Counted from the first letter of the stretch, positions 36,946 through 50,796 are shown. The stretch is DNA of 64,000 nt from Saccostrea cucullata (GCF_032062105.1 NW_026938415.1:1-64000), one strand, 5' to 3'. The notes: generated by a model from the letters alone, not told the origin. Translations and numbers: made by a program.

Positions 36946-39289
36946 GACTCTTAATTGCTCGTAGTTACATTCATTCAAATTGTGTCTCATGAAGCACATC
37001 TGTCTTTTGGCATGGTTTTTCCTATGAATCGGATAGGGATGCTTAGCTCATAATTAGGTAATTATTGGTCAGTGTTATCCAGGTGGTTTGTTGTTATGAA
37101 TGATCGTTATTCTTTTTATACCAATGAAACTGAATATTGATTTCATTAATAGTACAGAGATGTTTGGCTGACCCATAGGGTTTAATTTACCCATCATGCC
37201 GATATTGCTTAATATTCTGATACAGCGGTTATTGATACTATGAATCGCAGAAACACATATTAGTTTGGTTAAGGAGTTTATTTGTACGAATGAGGCAGAG
37301 ACATCTATTGTTAATTGCTCATAACAACAAGCAATAGGCTTTGTATGAAGGACATTTTTTTTATCGGTTAAGAGTTTTATGTACATAAGGGTCAGAGTTC
37401 AATATATTTTTCATTATTTTGGAACAAAACTTCTTACGAGGAAATATTGGTTCATTTAATCCATATTGTATACTGACAGTTTATGCCTTCTTTCTTAGAG
37501 TACTAATGTTTATTCATGTTTCTGATTTGTCCTTGGTCATATTGCTAGATTGTTGCTTATATTAGGCCATCTTGAATTATCCAAACATTTATCATATATT
37601 ATAATAATGGTGCAGGATCTGCTCATTCATCCTGAAGGAAGTTTTCTTTTCTTTTGTTGTTGCATTGTTTACTCATGTAGATCTAATTTCGCTTCCCATT
37701 TTTAAGGTGGTATCCTCCCTTAAGGGCACTTTGTTTTTGGATGAGATAATTATAGAAAATTAACTTTTAAGTACATTGTAGATACATCCCGAACAATATG
37801 TGAGAACACAAAATCCTCAGGAAAAGAATCCTTACAACCCTCATCATAACATTCCACTAATTCCAGTTAAGAGGGAACAGGAATAATCTCCATAGCCCGG
37901 GGAACCGAATAAAGCTGTGCCTAATTCCATGAATTTTATGTATCATATCTATATTTAAAATTCAAAACTTGGTTGACATTTTTTGACTTTACCATGCAAT
38001 AACCTCGTATAAGATGCAGATACATGTTTGTGCCAGCAAAACTGCAGCAGTGCTGACATGGATGTGCCCTAAATCAGCTGAATAGCCAGGATACCCATTA
38101 CCGTTGGTTGAGAAAGCATCCATACCAGCTAGATCATGAAATTTGGTTTCTTATAAAACAGTTGCAGGTGAGTCAGCAAGCAAATTGTATATGCAGATTC
38201 CAATTATCCACATCGCAAATGATCCCCTTTTACAACTGGTAAATATATGTTAAATTTATTTTCATAAGTACAGACCTCACTGTGAATAAATTAAAGGATA
38301 GGATTCTCACTTCTTCAGTTTTAAATACTTATGTGAGGAAATGTCCTTCAACAGGTAAACAATCCATTCTATATGCTAGGATTATTCAGTCAAAGGAATG
38401 AGAAATCTTTATTTGAATCAAGGATAAATATGTGACAAATTTGAATAGGGCAGAATCAAGGTTATTATTCCTTTAACATGTTAATAAAACAAATTAAGAA
38501 AGGTGTCTTTATCAATAAACATAATCTGTAGGGAGTGAATTTGTCCTTAAACAAGGTATTCTTACAAATAAAATCATTGGTTATGTATCTTGCAAGGAAA
38601 TATTTTATCGATGGCTTAAATAGGATTTGGTATACGCTATTATACCCCTTTAATTAATTACCTTTGCACTATGCCTTTAGTAATAATATTTTAAGGCTTT
38701 ACACATATTTTATTTCTCCAGTTTTTCGTTAAGGCCAATTTCCCTGCACTCTTCTTTTTTAGAGATATTAGCTTATACTCATATTCAAACTTTCAAGTTC
38801 CCTGTAGATGCTATTTACAAAATTCAGTATAATCTAGGAATTTGACATTATTTTCATGAATGCTTGAGATCATAATAATATTAAACTTCACCTTTTAAAA
38901 CTTAGTCATACTGTCTGGAATAGCCGCATATATGTTCCTCCAGTAAAAGGGAATATTTCATGGAACTGTTTATACCACCTTCTTAGTTCTACAGTTCCAA
39001 GAGGAACAGTTGTTTTGCAGGCATTATATGGGTTGTTGAATAATTTGTACAATTTCTAGTTCAAATCTTTAAATTACAATTTGGAACTAAACAGTTAGAG
39101 GTAGTATAAACAGAGAAAGTTAAATAATTCAAAGTTTGAGCAGGTAAAACTTTGACTCACCTTGTGCCTACTTAAGAAATTGCAAAATTTAAGTTTGCTT
39201 GAATTACTAGACCTCAAACATTAAAATGTTGTTCTACACCCAATGGATAGTCAGATTTTAGAATGGATTCTAGAATGTACCGGTATTTC

Positions 39290-39600
39290 AAGTGCAGGTC
39301 AATTTTTAGCTACTGTTTTGTTCAGTCAGATACTAGGATGTAGTTTATATATACAGGTCAGTGATTTACTGCTGTTTGTTCTGTAAACAATAAATAGTCA
39401 TATACTAGGAGGTAGTTCAAATACAGGTCAGTGTTTAACTGTTGTTTTGTCCTGCTCATAATAAATAGTCAGATAATACAATATAGTTGAAATACAGGTC
39501 AGTGATTAACTGCTGTTTTGTTTTACTCCTACAATATTAAGTACCTTATGGAACATGTTCATTTACACACTGACAGGTCAGTGATTAACTGCTGTTGGAT
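39290..39600. repeat. Degenerate tandem repeat with core tacaggtcagtgattaactgctgtt (~5 units)
   Basis: The core recurs about every 60-80 bp. Confidence 0.65.
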
Positions 39601-39985
39601 ATTAAAATACACCTCTCCTGACTTAGCTTGCTTGCTGGCTCATTTAACAATACTTTGTGATTGTTATATCATTTATTCTGAAATTATTGTTCTTCCATAC
39701 TTTAAACTTAATAGTATAACCTATATTTATTAACGTTTCTCGGATATTTTATTATTAGTTCTTCCTTCATTTTGTATTAAATATGGCATATTCGTGTAAA
39801 CCGTGATTATGAAATAATAATACGATTATTTTTCATTTCATTACTTTAAGATGCAATGTATGGAGAGGCCAGTGATTAACTGCTTCCATTAATAATTCAT
39901 ATTGTGTGCAAGCTCACCTTGGATGGCGCGGATGTGATCTGCATGTCACATCTAACATGGATGTGACATGCATGTCACATCTTGT

Positions 39986-41470
39986 GGCCTATTTTGTTTT
40001 GACGTGCCATCTTTTTTCTAATTTTTTCATATGATGTTTTGATTGTCTTGTCTTACAGATACTTTTTCTAGTCAGTTTTGGGGGATCAGACATTATCATA
40101 TTTTACGTAACTACTAATCAAAGCTTGTGAATCTGATCCCCTTCTTGTTTGTTAAATTGTTCACATTTATACCGTCATTTTAATAAATGACATTATTCAT
40201 CTCTATGAAAGTGTTTTATTTGACTTATACAAAATTAGCAAAAACAAGCTGCGGTGAGCTTGCCTATAAGCATAAGAATACATAAAACAACAATTTTTAG
40301 AATAATAATTGTATTTATGTATTGAATGCGATAACTTAGTTGGAGGTTTCCGGTAGGTTTAATTTTGGTAGATTGTGAAAATTCTTAGATCCACGCCTTG
40401 GTTGATGGATTACATATAATAGGTGTAAGGTCACGTGGTCAGCTCAGCGAGTCATTCAGTTGTATTGTGATAACCCGCATGCTGACCACGCTAACATCAG
40501 GCACGTCTATTTTGAAGACCCTCCTCCACCCCTGCATTCCTACCCCTTAAAATGGGTATTAATGTGTCATGTAAAACCCTGCATTCCTACCCCTTAAAAT
40601 GGGTATTAATGTGTCATGTAAAATTATATATTTGATTGGTTCTAATTTAATTTGTTTATATATATATATATATATTATTATGTACATGTATTTTGTTTCA
40701 TTGTATTTATGTATTGAATGCGATAACTTAGTTGGAGGTTTCCGGTAGGTTTAATTTTGGTAGATTGTGAAAATTCTTAGATCCACGCCTTGGTTGATGG
40801 ATTACATATAATAGGTGTAAGGTCACGTGGTCAGCTCAGCGAGTCATTCAGTTGTATTGTGATAACCCGCATGCTGACCACGCTAACATCAGGCACGTCT
40901 ATTTTGAAGACCCTCCTCCACCCCTGCATTCCTACCCCTTAAAATGGGTATTAATGTGTCATGTAAAACCCTGCATTCCTACCCCTTAAAATGGGTATTA
41001 ATGTGTCATGTAAAATTATATATTTGATTGGTTCTAATTTAATTTGTTTATATATATATATATATTATTATGTACATGTATTTTGTTTCACTACTATCCT
41101 TGGCCTATTTTGTTTTCATGTGCCATCTTTTTGCTAACTTTTTCATATTATGTTTTGATTGTCTTGTCTTGGCCTATTTTGTTTTGATGTGCCATCTTTT
41201 TCCTAATTTTTTCATATGATGTTTTGATTGTCTTGTCTTACAGATACTTTTTCTAGTCAGTTTTGGGGGATCAGACATTATCATATTTTACGTAACTGCT
41301 AATCAAAGCTTGTGAATCTGATCCCCTTCTTGTTTGTTAAATTGTTCACATTTATACCGTCATTTTAATAAATGACATTATTCATCTCTATGAAAGTGTT
41401 TTATTTGACTTATACAAAATTAGCAAAAACAAGCTGCGGTGAGCTTGCCTATAAGCATAAGAATACATAA
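39986..41470 (+). repeat. Near-identical internal duplications: ~391-bp tandem (40310-40691 / 40701-41091), ~300-bp direct repeat (39986-40285 / 41170-41470), and copies of 34100-34331
   Basis: Direct sequence identity is visible by inspection. Confidence 0.85.
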
Positions 41471-41556
41471 ATTGTTTCTTGTATGGAAGTTATTCAATTA
41501 ATTTGCGAACTTTTTGATCACCCCTCGTACCTCCAAAACGATTATTTTTGCAGATA

Positions 41557-42342
41557 AAAATAGATGTATTTTTGAAACACTGATGCCCCGTATGGCAGCT
41601 TATAGAGAGGATTGAAGTTTTTCAGATGTTAACAACTCCAAATTTAAGGAGGCTGGTGGGTCAACAATTTAATCCCAAATTAACCACCAGATTTAACTTA
41701 TTTTTTTTTAGATAAGGTATCTTTAGCTGTGAGCTATCTTATGGCAAAGAAAAAAGAAAATGCATACATTTTAGTTTTAAAATTTGATCATTTTTGTATA
41801 TCTTTATATGGAGCTCTCCTTTTAAAGGAGATTGAAATAGTTTAAAAATGGCTGCCACCCCCCAGCCTCTTTAAAGGTCCAAATTGTTGGTATTCAAATT
41901 AAGAAATTGTCACAAGGAATATACCTGTGAAATATGAAAGCCCTAGTATTAAATGTTCAAAAGTTATGGCCAAGGTTAAAGTTTTCTTTAAGTGGGACAC
42001 CTCTAATGTCAAGGTCAAATGGTCAAAACTATGTATAACCAGTGAAAGGACTTGTCACAATGAATACCAAATGTAGTATGAAAGCCCTAGAACCAACTTT
42101 TCAAAAGGAATGAGTAAGATGATAGTTTAAATATTTTGATAAAATTAAATTATGTCAAATTCCAAGGTTAAGTTCAGAAGGTCAAATTTGGTGGTACTCT
42201 AAAGAAAAGTCTTGACACAAGAAATACACATGTGAAAGTCATAGATTGCGGACAAACAGAAAACATATTTACAGACATACAGACGGACGGACAGGACAAA
42301 AACTATAATCATACCGCGAATCTTCGATTAAGGGGGGGATTA
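41557..42342 (-). mobile_element. Degenerate HINE-like element
   Basis: (GACG/GACA)n at ~42272-42297, a terminal hairpin remnant, aaggtcaa-type core repeats, and an aatagatgt..gaaacac..atgcccc end. Confidence 0.55.
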
Positions 42343-44239
42343 AGTTTTACAATATGCGTCAAATTGAAATCTGTATTTCTTGCTTGCATAGTACTTGTAT
42401 TTGAATCCTTCACAGCACAAAATACGTTTTTTCCCCCAAAGAAAACATGTAATTCTTTACAAAATGTTATACCCATGCATCGCAGTGTTTTCTTGCAAAT
42501 AGTTATTTTTAGTTCCAAAGGTTTTTTGACACTTTTTCTTCTAACACTCCTGGTGATATGAAAGAAGACAAACGCGGGTTGTCCTAAAATTTCTGAGGAC
42601 AAGCGTTGTTTTGTAGAACTCGTCATTTTTAAATGAAAACTGTACATAGATTTAACGAACAATAACTAATAATAGTAAAATGGACAAATGTTGAGTAACT
42701 ACTCAGATGAGCCCTATTTAAACACATTTTATTGCCCGATATTGGAAGGCAGCACTGTTACAGAAAACTGACATTAAATTTTCAGTATATAATATTTCTA
42801 TCCTACTAAAACGAATTTGGTATACATCTATGCTTATAGAAATTTTATACTTCAATAAATTTTTATCCACCGGTTTGAAATCTGACGTGGTGAAAAATAC
42901 TGGCTGCTTTGTGTGTGAACTGCATGTAATCAAATGTTTTGATCTTAAAATTCACTCCCACAGAAATGCATGTTATTAATGTTTGGTATATAGAATAAAT
43001 GCTTTTTGTCTTTAAATTATATTCTTTAAGTATACAGCTCCCCGCACTTCTTAACTCACATAATTATTCGCATAAATTAAGTTCAGATTGTTGCAAAGCG
43101 AATTTGTGTAGCACAGCAACAAAATATATCTTAAAAATAATTTTGATTTAATTTTAAGTTTATTTCACTTACTTTAAACATAATTTACACAAATTAACTG
43201 GTAAGATTCTGATATGCTCTTGGCTGATGGATTGTGATAGTTCTCAAATGGTTTTCATGCTTTCTCGTTAAATCCAGCCGTCTGTGTATCCGTTCGTTTG
43301 CAAGCAGTCCTTTGCCTTGCCTTGAAATAGAAATAGTGCAGCTCATGGAACTTCTGTATTTTCTATGCATTAACATGACTTTAAAGCGCATGATGATAGC
43401 AGTAGTTTTCAGCTGTTCGATTATTTTACATGTTAAAAAGCTGGCATTTATAATAGTTACTTTCTTAAATCTAGCATCATGAAAGATACGCCACATCGCA
43501 AAATTTGAAAGTTTAAGACGGTAAATGTTAAATAATTTTCTATTCAGTAGTAACAATTTACTATTTTAAGGGATGGACTATACTGTGATATCCCACCTTT
43601 TAGCATAATTTCTTTAGGCAGCATTGTCATTTTTCGACGCCAAGTTTCGACAAAACTAAAACGAGTATGGTAAATGTTCAAAGTACTCAGAAAATTCTTC
43701 TTTATAAGTAGTCAGTTTTTATATTTCAGATAAATAGTATCAAAGAAAGTTCAAAAAATTTTGAAGTTTGTGAATACGCACGTTAGAATCATACAGATGT
43801 ACCATCATACGAATTATTCATAAAGTCCACCTTAAAAAAATCGACTTTGAAAACTTGATATGTGATTTTAAAGAATATGTACCTTTGCCTTAGATAAATA
43901 ATACATATTAGGCTAATGTCTGGTAATAAAGTTCGATAATATTAAGTTTTGTTGCTAGAAGAATGTGACCTCAATTTGTGCGAAAAACCACGTGAGCTTA
44001 AAAAGGAGACCAGCAGAGGAATCGGGCCAGAGTGACTCACTGCAACTTAAAGATGACAGTTCAAAACCAGAGAAACCAAGAGTATTTAAAATTATTATTT
44101 TTTTATTCATGTTCATATATTTTAGTGCGAAATCATTTCATAATGATGTAGAAATTTCACGCGTATGTATGATAAAGTTAAGGAATGTGATGAAATTTTG
44201 AAACAACAAACAATAATCAAGCTTAAAAAATCCTTTAAA

Positions 44240-45318
44240 CAATACAGTTTGAAGCAGGGTAAAAACGGATCTCTTAAAATCAGAGATGGCATCAGGTGCC
44301 ATGGAGGAGTAAGTAAGAGTAAGTAAGTAACAGAAGCAGAGCAAACCTGGACTTACAAAACATCAGAGGTGGGATCAGGTGCCATGGAGGAACATCCCCT
44401 GTTTACCGGTTTCGCCCACCGTGTCGTGTGCTTCTTGTCATAATCGGGAAATAACGGGAAAATACGTCGACAACTCAGCGTAGAAATAATATGCTAATAA
44501 TAAGTATGAAAAAGCGTCAGTCAGCATTTGACTCAATGATAAATTGTATTTGCTGATAAAGTCAGTGTGTCGACCATAGAACTTACGAAATGATGACTTT
44601 AAAAGAGATTGCTAATATTGTTTCATCAACTTTTTTGTCAATAATTTAAATTATTTACATCGTTTAAAGAAAAATTAATACGTAGAGCATGCTCTTGCGT
44701 ATCGAATCAACTGAGATATAAATTCCTTATGTATGGGATGAAGGTATATTGCTGCATAAGTAAGGAAAGTTTACGATTTAAAAGTTTGTTATCACATTTA
44801 TCATAAAGAGCTGGGTTGATAAATAACCATTAAAACGTCTTTTTCAAATATCCAAATATGAAACAGGTGTGTCTGACTCTCTGAAATCTTTTATCTCAAG
44901 CTCACCAGGATATATCATATCGACATAAGAATGGAAATTACCAATGTTAATTGACAATACGTCGTCGATATATCTAAATGTCGAGTTGAAGACCACTACA
45001 AGTGTGGCGTAACTGGCAACAGACTGGTGGTATACCTGGTCTCTAAAATCCAAATAGATTTTGTCAATCAGAAAATCAAGCATCTTTTTTTATGTCAAAT
45101 TCAGGGTACTTGTATGTACAAAATAATTTTGCAGAAGATCAATGACAAGGTAAGTACATTTACGAGTTCCATTTTATTGAAAAAAGCAGTTGTCAATAAT
45201 ATTAAAAAGCCTGGACTTTCATTTATCATGGGGAATGGTTGTATATAAAGTTGAAAAGTCAACATTTTTTAGGCTGTTGATTTTTGTAAAATCTTGTGAT
45301 TTCAAATTATCCAAAAGT
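44240..45318 (-). mobile_element. Naiad-like Penelope fragment (RT C-terminal half + 3' block)
   Basis: Minus-strand ORF MLDFLIDKIY...FNSTFRYIDDVLSIN..NFHSYVDMIYPGELEIKD...SYLDI carries the YIDD catalytic motif. The 3' block is at ~44335-44460. Confidence 0.8.
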
Positions 45319-47309
45319 TACATCCCAGGTCGGAAATAGGAGTTAGTAATGTGGGAATATAAAAATACCCTTATCCCAAATCCACAACTAGCCATTCAAC
45401 AAATAGCAGACCCATTTAGTTTTTGATCAAGTAAAGGTTGACCATGCATTCATACCGTGAATAAATGAAAGAAAGAATAGTGATCATTCTTAAAAGTCCA
45501 TTTAAACAATACATAATACCAGCAGAATCATCATAAAAATACTGCTAAAACTGTACAATCTAAAAAAGAAAAAAGGCCCGACAATAGTTCTTTCTTCTCA
45601 CAGAATGGACAGTTTCAGGTCTATAACCTACTTTCTCCATTGTGTTCATAATATAATCTCTTAGAACTTTTTTTCACCAATTGTATTAGGTAAGCATTGT
45701 CTACTTATTGGGCTGTCTTAGGTGTTAGTTGCTTACAATTTTAAAAAAAAACACATTCATTTTAATGGCTTACTTAGGGGATATTTACAAGTAAGTGCAA
45801 TTTCTAAATTACTGAATAATGAATATTTAATCACAAAGCATGAGATTCCAACACCATTTTGTTGAGATTATGAATGTTGAAAGCATGTTATATTCCGAGG
45901 GAGAAAGCATAGTTTTGATGCAAACAAAAATCTAGATATGAAGAGCAATGCATTGCCCTTTGCTAGTGAGATTTTGAATTTCGAGTCTATTATTGTCAAT
46001 AAAAATGAATTTTGAGGCCAAATTGCATTTTTTTCATTAAATATGTATCAAAGTTTCGAGGATGCAGAAAAACACAGGGAACCTAGAAAGGTTTCCTTAA
46101 TCAAATCAACAATATTTAGATAATTTAAAAGAGGCTAATCACAGAAAATGTGTTAAAAAGCACTTATTGTGTTCCTTACCTGACAAAGAGATTGTTACAT
46201 AGATGTTTTCAGGCCTTGGGACGTCTTTTTCAGGCTTTAGGACGTCCTACAAAATTATAAGCTTTTCTGCACTGAAGTCAGACACGAAACGTGAGAGGAC
46301 TAGATAAGACTACTGACCAAAAATCTTGCATTCATGTAGCAGAGAAAACGATGGATGTGCTTCTGTTGAAAAATGAACATAATTATTCAAAGTACTTGTG
46401 AGAAATAAGAACCAGTGATTGATTCTTGCCAGGAGAAGTGAGATCCCCTCTTTTGTTTTGGTGCAAATTACATTCCAATAGAATTAGGACATATTTCCTC
46501 CAAAAAATTAAATTCTGATATTCATTGTGAGTTGGAATATACATATCATCAGTTATTGGAAAAATTACCAAGTTTAAGTTGGAATAGATTATTTGATTAC
46601 AATGTGTAAAATGCTAGATTTATTGTCTTAAAAAAACATTTGTGTTTATATGTGTTGTGTTTTCTTAATCCAATAAGTTACTAGTACCTATCGCCGTCCA
46701 ATAAATTATTAAATACTGTCCATTACATTTTGGACAGTTTCAGGTAACTATTGGACTGTTTTTCGGCCTTGCAAGAAATAGAAAGTATCAAAAGAACAAA
46801 ATTAAAGATGATGTCATACTAATGTTTAACTGTGTTTAAGTAAATACATTCTTCACGTTGCTGTAGAACAAGAAGAGGCAACTCTGCAACAGAAATGTAC
46901 AAAATAACAGAACATGAATAAAAATCATTTCATTAACTTTCAGTGGTTCAACTCAGAAAATACATACCATGTTTGTCCCCCCCCCCCAATATAATCACTC
47001 CAGAAGTTACTTTGAATTTGTCTACTAAGAACAAAGAAAAAACGGGCAACAGAAGTTCTTTTCAAATGCAAATGCATGCCAGGTAATGAGCACACCTTTC
47101 CTTGTCCAAAAAGATGATTTTGTCCGATATGCGACACAGACTATGATGTCCAAGATGTTACAAAAGTAGAAGTCAGTAGGACAACACATCTCACATAAAA
47201 TGTTGAGCACCTTAATGGCCTCCCCTGTCTTGGACAATCACAAATCGGTGCCAGAAATCAGACAATTGAAAGCAAAAGAAACACCTTAAAGATTGCACAG
47301 CAGTTTAGC

Positions 47310-47698
47310 AATGAAGGATATGTATTCTATATCCATAAAACAATACAAAATAGGAGCAGAGCAAACACAGACCTCTAAAACATCGGAGGTGGGATCAGGT
47401 GCCGTGGAGGAGCGAGCATCCCCTGCCGACCGGTCACATCCGCCGTTTGCTCCTCGTCCTGATCGGGAAATAACGGAAAAATCCGTCGTCAATTCAGTGT
47501 ATAAATAATGGATTAACAATTAGCATGAAAAACGTCAGCCAGCATTTGACTCAATGATAAACTGTATTTGCCGACAAGGTCATGGTATCGACCATAGAAC
47601 TTACGAAATGATGACTTTAAACGAGACTGCTGATAGTCTTGTTTCATCAACTTGTTTGTCAATAATTTACCTCGTTTTAGAAATTGTTCATACGTAGA
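47310..47698 (-). mobile_element. Well-preserved, 5'-truncated Naiad-like Penelope copy
   Basis: STYEQFLKRGKLLTNKLMKQDYQQSRLKSSFRKFYGRYHDLVGKY followed by the complete 3' block. Confidence 0.82.
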
Positions 47699-47775
47699 AC
47701 AACAACAAATCATGGTGATAGATGAAAACAGCAGAAAAAAGCAAAATGGTACAAACTTCATATACAGTTGATTAT

Positions 47776-48956
47776 ATACCTTTGGCTAATGTAGAGTGAT
47801 ATCGTGTTTTCTGAATGCTAATTTGTCTCTGCTACTGGTAAAATGAATTTGTTCACTACTGACTGACCATTGGTTTGAAATTTTAAAAACAAAAGAAGTT
47901 ACCCATTGAAAGTGATCCTACCACATCAACTGAAATAAACCACTTAAAAAACTCTTTTTAAAATTACAGACATCAAATAACCAACGTTTTAAGAAATGAT
48001 GCAATTCTCTCCTTCTAAGTGCAGTGAAATTGAACATAAAATGTTAGAAACATACCTATGTTTTTGTACTCAATTACAAATTTAGAATATCAGGATAGAC
48101 GAGGAATGGCTAAACACATTAATACAGGGTCAAATTAATAATGCATGAATTCTTGACAAACATTAATTGCAGAAATTATGCCATACTCGTTCACTATACA
48201 AACAGTGCCATTTCCCCATTTCCTTTTTTAAAAATAAAATTTTAATTCTCCAAAAATATTTTCTATCAAATTTGTCAACAATTAATAAAGACCAAGTCAG
48301 GTCAGATTTTGTTGAAATTCAATATACGGGTACCTATTATTAACAAAAAGTAGCTAATGAATTTCCTTGGCATTGATGATTCGAAAGCAGTTATGGTCCT
48401 ATACAATAATGTTCTTGAACACATGAAATCAGAGGATGAAACAAGCTTCAGACACACAAGACTCGGGTTTTAAATAATCACAACTCACAAATTTAACAGT
48501 TAATCTTGTGAGTTGTGATTATTTAAAACCCGAGTCTTGTGTGTCTGCAATTAATGTTTGTCAAGAATTCATGCATTATTAATTTGACCCTGTATTAATG
48601 TGTTTAGCCATTCCTCGTCTATCCTGATATTCTAAATTTGTAATTGAGTACAAAAACATAGGTATGTTTCTAACATTTTATGTTCAATTTCACTGCACTT
48701 AGAAGGAGAGAATTGCATCATTTCTTAAAACGTTGGTTATTTGATGTCTGTAATTTTAAAAAGAGTTTTTTAAGTGGTTTATTTCAGTTGATGTGGTAGG
48801 ATCACTTTCAATGGGTGACTTCTTTTGTTTTTAAAATTTCAAACCAATGGTCAGTCAGTAGTGAACAAATTCATTTTACCAGTAGCAGAGACAAATTAGC
48901 ATTCAGAAAACACGATAAAGCTGTCAACAATATCACTCTACATTAGCCAAAGGTAT
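47776..48956. repeat. Fold-back inverted duplication (~400-bp arms plus a 42-bp inner hairpin)
   Basis: 48545-48956 is the reverse complement of ~47776-48171, and 48506-48547 is the reverse complement of 48449-48490 (15-nt loop). Confidence 0.9.
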
Positions 48957-50796
48957 GTGCACATTCTTGACACACATCAACGTCATACTCGTTCACTACA
49001 CAAGCAGGTGCCTCCTCCACATTTTCATTTTTTAAAATTAAATCTTAAGTTTCAAAACAATTTCATTAAATTTGTCAACAATTTGCATAATTAGTTCTTA
49101 TTTATCCAAAAAGTACCAATCAGTTGGTTTGACCTCTGACCTGATAGGACACATACTACTAACTGTTTTCCTACATACATGTATTCCTTTATAATGTAAA
49201 AAAAAATATTTTAAAAATCACACTGGCTCAATTTACTTGAAACTTGGCACAGATTTAGAGCACTGAACAGTTCAACCCCATAAACTTTCCAGGCTCTCGG
49301 GAAAAGTCATAGTCTGCAAGTTGTACTACCCATTGAGGAAAGGGTAAAAAAAGGACCTCTTTACATCCTTCTTAATACGCACTTTCAAGTAAAAAATTTC
49401 CATTCTCATCAGTTTTCAATTTTATTTTAACCTTTCCTTTCCATCGATGCCATAAAATAACCCCATTTCACCCATTTGAACCCCTAAGAAATTTTAAAGA
49501 CAACACTCTGTTTTTAAACTTGCACTATTTGCTTGGTCAATGAAATCGGGGTCAAATTAGGAGTCTGTAACCTGCTCTGAAATCAACCAGCCATCTTTTT
49601 CGATTGGCTTAAACGAGTTTTCGTTGGGGTAAGATATTTTTTCTTTCTTTATCCGTCTTATGATGGGTTTTTTTTTAAGTAGGAATAACTGACATCCATA
49701 GGATGTCAGGAACTTGTAAAATTATTTGTGAATCAAGTGATAGAATAATCTAAATGTTTAGAACTAAAATTTCCTGGTTCACATATGTCATAAAATTTAA
49801 ACCTATTTTCACGAATTCGATATGAAAAATCAAAAAAAAGTGAACGTAGTTAAAAATTGATTTTAGTTCGTTATTACGCTACATAATATTTGAATAATAT
49901 ATTTACGTAAGAATTTCAAACACAGGAAGTAAAACATGACGGGCAATAATTCTTAGGGATTTTTTATACTGAATTTGATAACTAAGTGTTCCGTCTCTGT
50001 GATCTATTTATACAAAGGGCTCACGGTGGGTGTGACTGGTCAACATGGGATATGCTCATATCCTAGGCATCTGATACCACCTATTCTTAAGCCTTTTTAA
50101 TATATATGGATTTTTTATGGATTTTTGGGATCGATTACTTCGTTATCTTCACCACTCTCATTCTAAACAGAGTACAAAACCCTTCCACAAGCCTGCACCC
50201 TTGAAGTGACGTAACATAGTTCTGCCAACTATTTATTTCACCTAGACCAAGTTGAAAACGAACACCACAATGTTAGAAAACATTAACATAAAGATTTTTT
50301 CGACTTTGCATTTGAATAACCGAAAATGATTAAACAATGAAAGTTATAAAACTTCTTATTGATCCGTTGACAACAGAATGCGATATGATAATGAATAACC
50401 TGTTGTGTTGAATCATGTCAATGAGGCAACATATTGTCATGAGGCAACATATTGTCATCGGAAACAAGTTATTCTATACGTTTTAAAGCTTTAAAGTTTT
50501 TTCGCATTATTATTTGCATTTAATAGATTTGAAGAGAAAAAATTGTCAACATGAACATGAAAGAAACAATTTCTCTTGCAAGTTGAGATTTTACAAAACA
50601 TATAAAACTTAAACCTGTAGCAGTTGTAAACATCATAAGAGTAGTTCTATCAATGTTCTGTATATAACACTGCTACATATGTTATCAACTTAAAACCATT
50701 CACTGTTTTTATTTACAATTTTCTATGAAATAAATGATTACTAACATACAAATTGTACAAAGTAAAATAACATAGCATAATTAGAAGGGTGTACTC

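Larger units (their letters stand above)
33195..41527 (+). mobile_element. 8.3-kb non-autonomous mariner-derived element with cargo
   Basis: Perfect 26-bp TIRs, cgaggggtgatcaaaaagttcgcaaa (33195-33220 and 41502-41527), with TA TSDs at 33193-33194 and 41528-41529. A relic transposase HTH (LYTVYRDK*VPINTINDWINRFSEGRLMVKND) lies at ~33475-33570. The flanks rejoin as a continuous exon copy. Confidence 0.88.

Noticed and set aside
35758-36964. Several overlapping 75-180 aa ORFs with repetitive, hydrophobic translations
   Set aside because: They arise from 48-bp and 30-bp tandem units (multiples of 3) open on both strands; no evidence of a protein.
37400-39200. Possible decayed coding sequence in the mariner cargo (minus strand)
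   Set aside because: No ORF of 60 aa or more and no motif I can identify with confidence; needs BLASTx.
43566-43835. Possible TTAA-flanked Kolobok-type MITE
   Set aside because: The terminal match is too short and imperfect.
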